Shown here: piece after piece, positions 9,949 to 21,900 of the stretch
Numbering within the stretch: position 1 is the first letter of the stretch
Layout: every line of letters starts with the position of its first letter
Assembly: GCF_964204645.1 (NCBI RefSeq)
Contig: NC_134032.1
Span: 10,280,275-10,344,274, forward strand
Source: Tubulanus polymorphus
Taxonomy: Eukaryota; Animalia; Nemertea
Direction: 5' to 3'
DNA: 64,000 nt
Program-made: the position numbers and the translations under genes
The notes under the pieces: generated by a model
The model's input: the letters and a program-made list of their open reading frames with translations, nothing else
The model's database searches: none
Told to the model about the DNA's origin: nothing

Positions 9949-12900
9949 TCATAATCTCGTTTCCCCCTCACTATCGGTCGACCAGTCATCCTCACTCTCC
10001 TCGTTCACCATCGCTCCATCTTCCCTCATGTGTCTCTCCGAGTCATCGAACCGGCCGTCCAGGTTACCCCCATCGTCATTATCGATAGCAGTTACGTCTA
10101 CCGATTCAGCATCCTTATTTGCTTCCTCTTTCCCAGCCTCCTCGTCGGCAGCCGTTAATGAGGAGGAATCGTCGTCGTCAGTCAGAAATTCATCGTCATT
10201 TTCTGTCTTATCGTCGCTTTCATTATCATCACCATCGGCGTCAGCGGCTCGTTCCAAGCTGGATTGAAGGGTGATGAATTCATCGCTGGTATCCGCGTCC
10301 TCTCCGGCTGATTGCTGCTCCTGATGCTGTTCATCGTCCTGGAGTTCATCAGTACCGATGGCATTAACAGCATCATCGACCCCGGGTGAGGCGTGTTCAG
10401 CTCCTTCATCCCAATCGGAATTCAAATCCTTGTTGTCGTCAACTTTTCCAAATTTCTCGCAAGTCGCAGTCGAGTGACCAGAATTTTCGTTACCACGACC
10501 ACCGGAACAAGTAAAATTACTGTCCAGCTGAGGTATCAATGAACTGCATTTGGGACGGATAACATTTTCTCCTTGCGAAGTTACGTTTTCCTCTTGTGAA
10601 CTGGATTTCGGACAAGTAACAGTTTCTTCCAGTCCGGAACTTGATATTTGACACATCAGATCGTTACCTTCCTCTTCGATCATGTCCAATCGCCCGGACA
10701 AGTTCTTCCCTAATTTTTCCTCGTTATTCGTATCATCTTCATTTTCCTCTATGATGCTCTCTAATCGATAATTACAACCGGATGGGATGGTGCCACTGTT
10801 CTCTGTCGAACAATAAGTATCTTTCATGCCGCCGTTGCCTGTGGTAAAAACATAACCGACTTCATTGTTGTCGTAAAATTTGTCGTCATCGACAACTGCG
10901 TAATCATCACTGTCATCATCAGTTTCATCGACATCAGCATCATCATCATCAGAGCTACTACTATCAATGATGAAAACGGCAGTGTGTTCGCTAGGTTCCT
11001 TCTCATTATCACCAACTTCAAGATCGTTCCAACTTTTTGAATCGACGTAGTCTGCATCATCATTGGCACATTGCCGTTTGTCGGTAAATTTCTGTCTCAG
11101 TTGTTCTTCGTTTTTCATGATGGATTCGACTTCTTCATCATTTCGAACCTCTTCGAGAATCTCAATTCGTTCCTCATTACCTTCAACTAGTAATCGCACA
11201 TTCCGAGTTTGAAGACCATTTCTTCTATCGCATTGCACATTCCATGCCTCTTTTCCTCCTTCAATAACTCCAGTTGTATCTAGTCTTGGCACTTTTTCAA
11301 AGAGATATCGTTCGCGTTCCGAGGTTTCGTCTTTTTGAGCCTGTTCAATAATCACAGCGATAAATTGTGTGGCAAATTGATCCAACTGCAGTTCTGTATC
11401 TTCATCTTGCCGTAATTCTAACACATTTGCATCAGACGTCGAAGGAATCTCCTCCCAGGAATCGTCGACCTGGTGACAAGAATTCATCAACCTGGCGACC
11501 ACGTCGACCGGACACGGGGATAAAACTACATTATCCAAATACTTGGCATCCAGTGACGAATCAAATTTCTTTTCATCTGAAACCTCAGCGACATCAACAC
11601 TTCTCATTATTGAAACATCATTACTGCGTTTCATTGAACTTGTTTCAGGGATTTTTCCATTTTCACTTCTGTCAGTTCTTTCAGCATCATTTTCTACAAA
11701 GACTTCACTGTTTATCAATTTTTCATACTCATCACAAATTTTTTCATCCATGTCTTCACCTAATTCAACCCGACTGCGGCCACGTGACTTCGAAGCCCTG
11801 CTATTCACCACCTCCACTTCATCGTCGTACGATTTTGCAAGCTTCTTTTCATCGAGCTCGTTGATCGAGTGGCCTTCAGCTTCAAGACAATGAGCAGACG
11901 TAGATGTTTCGGTGCCACTGATATCGACGAACACAATTCGATCGGAATTGGCGCTGTAATAAACCGCATTGGCCGGCGTGATGTTCCACATCTGGTCGAC
12001 ATTCTGGAAAACTGGTAATTCCTGATTCGAATCTGATTTCTTCACGAGCAAATTCTCACATGCTCGACCTCTATTTCTGGCACATTCAGATATTGCAATA
12101 TTATCCAGTTTATCATCAACAATCTTACCAGTATATTTTCTATCTCCTAAGTTTATCTCAATTTTGTCAATTTCCAACATTTCAGATTTCATATCCTCAA
12201 CTGTATTGCGGTCATCCTTAATTGTCATGATGGCTGCATCTCCATTCTCCAAATCTGTACTGCAAGGGTGTTTAACTCCGACATTATAACTGATGATCTC
12301 AGATACACGAGAATTTTCCATATTCTCTTTTGGGTCAACAAATATTCTATCTTCCGTTTCTAGCCTAGCACTTCGCATGCTAGAAAAACCTTCAACTGGT
12401 TCAAAATTTTGCATTTTCGGCATACTATCTGCCACTACTTCTTTCGTAGAATCTCCAATGATGACCGAACATTCAAGGTTCGTAGCTAGGTCTCTTTCAA
12501 GATCAAAAGACGCTGCATCAGTTGTTATCCCTACTGTTTCCAATACTGGTTCCATCACGTCCCATGGATCTGGCAATAACTTTCTACCTGAGCGTTTGTT
12601 CGCTAAGGAAACCGATGGCGTGCTATGTCTGAGTGATGAGAAATCAGATGCCACGTCATCTTGACTATCCGCTATCAAAACATCATCATCGTCATCAACC
12701 TTATCGTTGATTTCAGGGGATGTATCATCGGTATCTATGCTGCAATCGGCGAGGCTTTTGTGTTCATAGCAGGACTTGCGATTGTCATCAAAATCACTGT
12801 CAACATTGTCGCAGTCGAAAGCAAGTTTTTTAATCGATTCTATGAAATCGACTTTACATTCCTCAGCGATTATTTCTGGCAACACGATTTCGTAGTCATC

Positions 12901-15900
12901 AGTCTGGGCATTATCGTTATCACCATCATCTTTTTGACTTTCGGCACTGTCAACTGAATCAATGAAGAGATCGGGGATGTTTTTTATCCCGACTGACCGT
13001 TGAATTAGGTTGGATTCCTTCTCAGAGTCAAAACAGACAGATTTTGCTTCGGAGCTTTTTCTGTCACTGGTATCGAGATTTCTGCAAGGACTGAATATGG
13101 CGGAATCTACATCGCTGAAAGTTGAGTCGACGACCAGATCACTTCGAGTAGACTCAACAAGTCCATCCCATTCTAAACTCGTATCAGCACCAGTTGAAAC
13201 ATTCAGACCTCCAGATGATCTTCTGTTTGACTTAAAATCGACCGGATTGTCCACAGATTGATGAGAATCAACACTAGTTTTCTTGGCAAAAGCGTCAGAT
13301 ATTTCAGAACTCTGAAATTCATGAGTATTCGAGCTTGATCCAAAATTAGCAATATAATCTGCATTTATTTCCGCCGCTTTCAAAAAATAAAATTCTGTTT
13401 CTGTTTCCAGTTGATCTTTTGGTATATCAGTCATCAACTCGGCTTTAATTTTTCCACCGATTTCTGCCAGGTCATTGCGAATATCATAAATTTTTACATC
13501 CTCTTCACCAGAAGATATGATTTCGCCATCGCCTTCATTTGCTTTCGCCTCTTGCACTCCACTTTCTATCTTATCTACTGCGGTAACTAAGGGAACGTTT
13601 GGACCAGTTTGAACAAAGGCACTTTCACTAGGTTCCATAAGCATTTTTCTTGGATCAGTCTGATCATCATTTTTTAGGAAACAGCGTCCAATACTGCGAG
13701 AAAACTTTGATTCTGGACATTCATCCATACTTTGCTTTGCTGTGATTTGGTCCCCAATAGTTTGGAAGTTAGATGGCAATGTTTTCATGGATTCATCATC
13801 AATATTATGTTTCTCCATCAGATTTACAGATGGCATTTCAAGGTTAGCATCAATATCAACCTCTTCAAAACAGGTTTGATCTTTTTCATTACTGTAAATA
13901 ATAATTCCTTTCGGACTTTTATTCACATCATGCTCTGATATCGCTTGGTCCCTGACAGTTTTGCAATCAGGTGGAGCTGATGCTTCATCATTCAAATTAT
14001 CATTTTCAGTTATTTCATCATGAAGTGAAAGAGGATTTCCCATTTCTATGTCAGATACTTGAGAACCATACTTTAATGACCGACCAGAGAGACAAGATGG
14101 TGAATTGTCTGCAATGACATTGAAGCGGGATGGTGACCGTTGTTCTTGATGCAATTTCCAAACCGACCACGCTTCTTTGCGATCGATTTTCATCAAATTA
14201 CCGAATTTCTCTCTTACTTTCGGAGACATCGGTTGACTCGGCAAGATTTCCGCATCCTTACAACCTGGTTTCATTATACAGGTGTTCTCTCCGATGAAAA
14301 AAGCAACTGGTTTTTTCTGCAAGCTCAGAGCCGAATTCGATAAATTCACGTTGAGGTTATCGTGCACAGGCTCCTTCAGATTTAGACTTGAACAGATATC
14401 ATCCACTATGTCTTTGCATAATGTCCGGACAGATGCAGTACCGACAGGTTTGACAGACTCACCATCGTTCCCGATTTCAGTATCCGAACTGCAATGTTCA
14501 TCATAAGCAATATATTCACATTCATTTGATTTTGAATCAATGACTTCTTCTTTACTATAATCTGTATCTACAACTATATGTGTTTCTTGCAATTCATCCA
14601 CATCGCTATCCAACGCAACAGGTAATATACCATTATCAAATTTTACCGCCTCATGTTCCTGAGTTTCTTTAGAGTTGTACTGAAATTCCACTGCCTCATT
14701 TTCTTGAGGAGATTTTTTCTCAACGTCATATGCCACATGCTCTTGGGTTTCTTCAGAGTTTAGTTCAAAATTATCAACTGGTTCCAAATCCCCATTAGAA
14801 GGAAATTTCCCAATTACATTGTTATTTACAGGTGAAACATCATTATCAACTTCTACCGTCTTATGCGTTATGGGATCTTCCAAGTTCTGCTCAGAATTTA
14901 CAACTTCAAGTGGTATATTATTTTCATTTCTATCCGGAGTGAAGAGAAAAATATTCTTATCACCTCCAATTACCTCAGGCTCACTGAAATCTTCACCACT
15001 TAGTGTAAAATCAACTGGTTCTAAAGTTGCTATAACATTTGCAGTGTTCACATCGCGATCAGCATCGAATGTATCAGCATTTTTTACATCTGGAGCGATT
15101 ACATGATAGACTTCAACATTTTCCTGTTCTGGATTATCCATTGCAAGCTTCTGGATATCTTCCTGTCCAGTTTTACAGGTGCATCCATTGTCTGGTTGGT
15201 CACAGTCTTCAGCTTCGCTCTCTTGAATATTTTCATCAGCATCGTGAATGGACATACTTTGTTTCGAGTTTCTTGATTCAATCGATGACAGCCTCTCATC
15301 AATATTCTTGACCAATTCCACATAGCAGATAACATCATTCTCTTGCACTATAAAGTCATCTCGTTCAGTAGTTGCTCCATTCGAATCGAAAATGTACTTC
15401 CTGTCGATTTGAAGATCATCGTTGAATGGATTGCTTAAAACCTTATTCGGCGATTCTTTTTTAATGGATGAATACTCGTCCCAGGCTGTAACAAGATCTG
15501 TACTGTTTGAGCTATTATAGCTACTATGATCATCGAATTTTCCTTGTGAAAGGTGATCGGACATTTTCTGACAGCTTTCATCATCATCATCATCATCATT
15601 ATCAAATTCCACTTCTCTATTAAGTGCCCGTGATTGTTTGAATTCACTTGAACTCATAGCTTGAGTTGTTTGTGACGCTGAACTCAAAGGTGATTGAAAA
15701 TCATTTAAAGTATCATCCAAAGCGGCGTCATCATTGTCTACAGCACTTAAATAGTCTTCAACTTCATCAGTAATATTTTCAGAGCGTCCACTTTCTTCAA
15801 TTCTCTCATTTATCCTGCATTCTACGTGGTCTGGTCTACCAAGACATTTGACAATTTTATCACTCATTTCATTCCCATTTTCTTCCACATTTCCTTCCTC

Positions 15901-18900
15901 TCCCAAGACATTTTTTTCTTCAATAGCGAATGCAGGGTAATGATTTTCTTCTAATTCATTCGTTACGCTTTCAATTTCTGAACCTATGTCGATCAAAATA
16001 TTTTCTTCAACATTATTGCTATTAACTTCTGCATTCATTTCAAAATCTACCTCAAATCTCTCAGATTTGCTCTCATTTTCTAAACTATCACTCACGAAAA
16101 GAATATCTTCAACATTTTCATCAGCTTTGGAATGCTCCACTATTTTTTGGCCATCTGCCATTTCTGTCATACGTTCAGATGAAGTTTCCAATGTGTGTGA
16201 ACCCACTTCTGTCTGTTCCAAGGTCGTATTGAAGGCGATTTTAAAAGCAGATATTTTATTTATTCGCATTTGAACCGGGAAATATTCTCCATCGAAATCC
16301 TCCATTCCCTGCTCAGTTGATTTATGATCATTCTCCAAATCTACTTCATTCGTTTCAGAAGAAGTTGACAATTCAGAATTCATAACTTCTGCAGGTGATT
16401 CTGCGCTCGGTTCGTCAACTGGCTTATCAATCAAATTAACATCATATAACTCGGATATGGTGGAAAATTTTTCAGCTGGTTTAATTTCAGAGCCACTCTC
16501 ACTACAAACATCCATCATCGTATTAATACTTTTAGCAGTCAGATCCAAAGTCGTGTCAAATGCAATTTTCAACAGTGATTGTCTTTGAGCTTCAAGGCAA
16601 AGATTTTCACGTGAAAGAGTATATTCTTTTTTGAAATTCTGTACATGTTGTTCATTTTTCAAATTTTCATCAATCTTAAGCTCATCTTTCATTTCATCTT
16701 CGACGACTTCATTTTCAACTCTTCCATCAATTTCGAATCCAACCTCAAGAACTTCTCCAGGACATTCATTCGTGTTCTTTACCCCGTCGACAACAATTTT
16801 CTCATCTCGAGGAATAACTTCCGTGTCCAGATTTTCATCCTCCACAATTTTTGAATTTTGGATAGTTTCAATTTTACCCCGGTCTGCGCGTGTTTGATCT
16901 AAAGTAGTATCGAATGCAATTCGGAAATCACAAGCGTTTTGGGCCTCGCGAGTCAACGACTCATCCGAACTCGACGCCAATGGTGTGAGTGAGTCGAGGG
17001 TGTCCGACTCACAGTTAGATACACAAGTGAACATCTCAGAGCTAGAAGTATTCAAACTAGTCTCATTGGACCCCCAAAGCGAGGTTACATTTTCGATGGT
17101 ATTTTTGTAATCAATCTTTGCAGTTATTTCACCATCATTTTCAGAAGTAATTTCGGTTTCACAATCGGGTTTTGTATTGTTAGCTATTTTACTATCATTC
17201 TTAATCTTTTTTGAATCATTTTGAATTTTACAGTCATCTTCTGTAGCTATTTTACAATCATTTTTAGTGGTTATCTTAGAATCGTATTCACAGTCATTCA
17301 TTATAGCAATTTTACAAACATTTTTGGTTGCTAGGTCACAATCATCCATCGCAGCAATTTCACAATCATTTCTCGTAGGAACTTCACAATCAATTTCAGT
17401 AGCAAATTCAATTTCACAATCCTTTTTGCGACAAGAATCTAACTCTACAACATCGGCAATCTCATTTTTACCATCATTTTCGCAAACCGATTTCTCCCTA
17501 GTGACCACAACAGAAAGTGGCATAGAAATTTCGATTTCATCATTGCTTCGTGATGCACAGAAAGAACCTGACTGCGTATCGGAATTAATGATAATTTCAT
17601 TATCACCAACTATCGAATCTATATTAAAAACATTATGCGCTAGGTGCTCGTTATTGCTATTTACATAATTAGCCACGCCTACAAGCGATTTATCATCAAT
17701 ATAACTATTATTATGATTGTTATTGTGAGCGTGATCTTCCGCTTCGTTCGGCAGAAGACAGACATCGACATCTGCTTCGTTGTTGTTACGGAGCAGCCGA
17801 TTGGCTGGTTCGTTGTCAAGCGGACTCGTCGTCACCACGTCGAACGACTGATTGGCAGCGAGTAGAAAAGAACCGTCTCCGTCACCCTGAATATCATCAC
17901 CGTCTACTTCTTCATCCTGGGAAAAATAAACCAAATTTATAACATTTCAACCAGCTTCGTAAATGCTCCTATGACTTCATCAGCAAATAGAGACGCTATA
18001 TGATGGGTAGACCGATATGATCTCAGTTATTTCCATCCCGTTCTTGTTTCTTTGATGATGAGGTTTAGTTAAAAACATCAAAACATAAGAAGAAAAACTC
18101 AATTTACATATCGTCAATTTCGGGTCCACATCAAGATAGACACCATAGACACTTTCAGAAATGATAGCTTCATCTATCAATCCCCATATGACATAATGAA
18201 ATTGATCTGGAGACCCTTGTTTCAGAAAATATGGCCTCTTCAAATAAATCTCCCGATGACATCATCGAAATGCTCCCATCAACTAATCCAGGATTTTTCT
18301 ATTAGAAAAGATGGCTGCCTTCACCATTAATCCCCCTATGGCATCATCAAAATGTGAATTGTACGATTATTCCTGACACAACCACTTAATGGAGTCGGCA
18401 ACCGGTACACTTTTAAGGAGTCACATGCTTATAATGATTCTAAAGTGTTTCTCACCCTTTATCATAATTTTTTCTCGAGTTCAGCAATTAATTCTTTACT
18501 ATCATTCTGTAAACGAATAAATAACAATAAACAACAAAACAATGAAATCAACAAAACTTTGCTCAACTTGGACGGATTGAAGAATTTTGATATCCACGAA
18601 ATACAGATTCGGCTGGTTATGGTTATGTAAATTGTTCAAACTAGAATGAGTTTTTACATCGGGCAAATTTTTTCAACGGACCAATCTGTCTCAAGTTTCA
18701 CAATTTTTACGGATAACTTTTATAACCGAACGATAAAACATTAACATTTGAACTTCAACAAACTTTTTCAAAAATCTAATTTTTTGAAATTTGAAAAAGA
18801 AAATCAAAACTGTACGATTTCGAAATCGTTGAAATAAGTTTTGGACATACCTGCGGAGTTACAGCCTGGTCTCCGGCGCCATTCATCAGGATCTCATCTT

Positions 18901-21900
18901 CGTAAAAATAATCATCATCATCGTCGTCCTCATTCGCATGGTCCGGTTCCGAGTCCGTGTATTCGTCCGTCGTTACCTCGGGACGTCGGTGTATCCACGG
19001 CGACGGCGGTCCGTCGATGAATTCCACTCCGTCCGTGTACGGCGCCAGATAACCTTTTATGTGATCGGATTTGGCGACGTCGAAAGGAACTTCTTCGCGC
19101 TACAACAAAAAGAAATTCAAGCTTAGATTTTATTTAAAACTGGGACTGAACAACATGGAGTAATCATTCATGAATTAACGTAGGTATCAATCTGCAGCCT
19201 GTAACCACCCCGCTTGTAAGTGTGAAGTGTGGGTAATCACTTTTTTAAATTTCTGATAAAATGAAGGTCAAGTCCTGAACACCTGCCAAGTGTGGACAAT
19301 CAATTTTTGAAATGTCCCGTGTCTGGCGTTTAGTTCATTTTCGATAAGAAATATCTCAGGTGAAGTGCTGAACACATGAGAAGTGTGGATGATCACTTTT
19401 CAAAGTGTCCTGATAAAATGTCTAATGTCTGGTGTTTCTGGTACCGGTACTTCTTTTTCAATCAAATTGTCTCGGGCGAAGTACTGAACGCATGTGAAAT
19501 AATGGATCTAATATCTAATATCTGGTGTTTGTTTCTGATCAAAAACATTTCAGGAGTAGTTGACTTGTGAAGTCTGGACGATCAAATCTCTAAGAGGGGT
19601 CCAGATTCGAGGCTGGCCCTGATATTATTGTATACTGACCAGTCCTGATAGATTAGTCTCAGCGGCTGCATCTAATAGTAGTTTAACTATAGCATCGTGT
19701 CCTCTGTTCGCCGCCCAGTGTAAAGCTGTCCATCCATTCTGCGAAAAAAAATACCTCATTTAAAATCGGCAACATTAAGTTTATCATTGATGGATGCCAG
19801 GTCTTACCGATCCCTGAGAGTTTATGTGGCACTCGTGGTGATTGAGCAGAACTCTGACTGTGTCCGTGTGACCGTGATACGCGGCGAACATCAACGGTGT
19901 AAAATCCGCCTGAAATATTTGAGAATAATCATCGAACTGATTATCTATTAGACCAGTATGAAACTGCTACCGCAATCCATTCACTTCCGAATTCCCTGTG
20001 TTTTCTTGGTAAATGCAGAACTTTTCTTGTGTTCTGATGAACGGCAGTAGGGAAGACCCGAGATTTGTTATCTCGACAGACCCTTCACCAAATCCTGGAG
20101 CGTGGATCATATATGCATTATGTTACGCAAGACTGGTACGCCTTAACCACCAAGAACATAAGGACCCAGTTCCACAGTTCTGAGTTAGAGTTAACTCTGA
20201 GTTAAAGTTAGTTCATTTTCAATGAGTTAACTCAGGGTCAAATCTTAACTCAGAACTGTGGAACTGGACCAAGGTGAAGAGAGACCCAAGTATCAAGCTA
20301 GCCCAGCAAATATTTGGACTTTCAGTTAATAGTTTTCGTATGAATTTTGAAAAATACCATATGAAACGACGATTCCTAAGTTGAAAAGTTTTTGAGAAGC
20401 ATGGAAACCCTGCTGGCAAACTAAACACCATTCATTGTTTTCCAGTGCTTTCCCGGCATTATCCCTGAGAGATATTGGTTCCAATGTATTTTCTAAACTG
20501 ACCATTATACTGACCATACTGATTATTAAACTGTCATTTAAACTGACCATCAAACTGACCAGTAATCTGACCATCCAATTGACCAGTAACCAAATCATCA
20601 AACTGACCAGTAATCTGGCCATCAAACTGTCCATACAATTGACCAGTAATCTGTCCATAAAATTGACCAGTCATCTGACTACACAACTGACCATCATCAT
20701 TCGCTTGAACCTATATGGATGACCCTTATGGGCAATTCGCGAAGTAAGTACCCACAATCAAATTGCAGATCTACGGCTATTTCTTTTTTAAGGAAAGACC
20801 TCAAATTTAGAAAACGTTCAGACTAACCTCTCCTTCGGAGCTGCTTTTCATGTTAATATCGCACCCGGCATCGAGTAGTTGCTGAACTATTTCGGAAAGT
20901 TGTTCCTCTTTTTCAGTCACTCGACTACGACACGCCTCGTGAAGGGCTGTTCGTTCGTCCTTGTTCTTAATGTTCGAGTCGCTACCGTTTTTCAGTAACA
21001 TTTTCACCGCCTCCAGGTGGCACCAGTAGGCGGCGCACAACAACGGAGTCCATCCATTCTGAATACGACAAAACATGAAACCTATAGTATCTTGAAACTA
21101 ACAACATTTAAAACATTTCTTTAACTAAGAAAAGTTGAAGAATTTTTGTAGAATATTTTCATATTATTGAAAGAAAAATAGTTGATATTCAGAATGAAAT
21201 TTGTCATCATAAAAAATCGTTTAACGCGAGTAAACGAATCCTAAACTTACGTTGTCCTGGCAGTCTTTTTCCGAATCGGCGTCGAGTAACATTTTGATGA
21301 TTTCGTCGTGACCTTTCATAGCGGCGTGGTGTATCGGCAATTTTCCACCCTGGAAATAATTACAAACGTTATACACTATGAAACGCGGCCGCCTTTTCAT
21401 AATTAAAGATCGCCTTTAACCCTTTCGGTGATGGTTAATTATAATGCCCTACAGCGCTGGCGATAATTCGAAAATGGAGAAAAATTCCACCCCAGTGCGT
21501 TGAATAATAGCAAGAATACATGATGAGGATGAATTTTTGATAATAGGCGTACCGCTATATCGTGTCTATCATTAGTTACTACAAGAAAAGGAGGCCAGCT
21601 CCATAATTCGCCATACGACATCTTTACAAATTGCCCCGTAAAGACACTTCCAGCAAAAATGACTGCCTCTTTAAATCCCCCTTTTACATCAAAGGCAGTC
21701 ACAGGCAAGATGGCCGCCTCTGTGAATCCCACTAGACATTATCGAGTCACCAAGATGGCCCCTTCCGTAAATCCTCCTATGACATCATTTTCATCGTTAC
21801 AAACCCCTTCACGACACTCCCAGCAAAGATGACTACCTCCATAAATCCCATGAAGACACGATCGAGAAGAGTCCTTACCTCATCTTTGACGTTGATGTTA

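Noticed and set aside
9863-17865. Many plus-strand Ser/Phe-rich ORFs
   Set aside because: They are antisense shadows of the giant acidic exon.
20326-20722. Hydrophobic repetitive ORFs on both strands
   Set aside because: They are translations of a 12-bp minisatellite in an intron.
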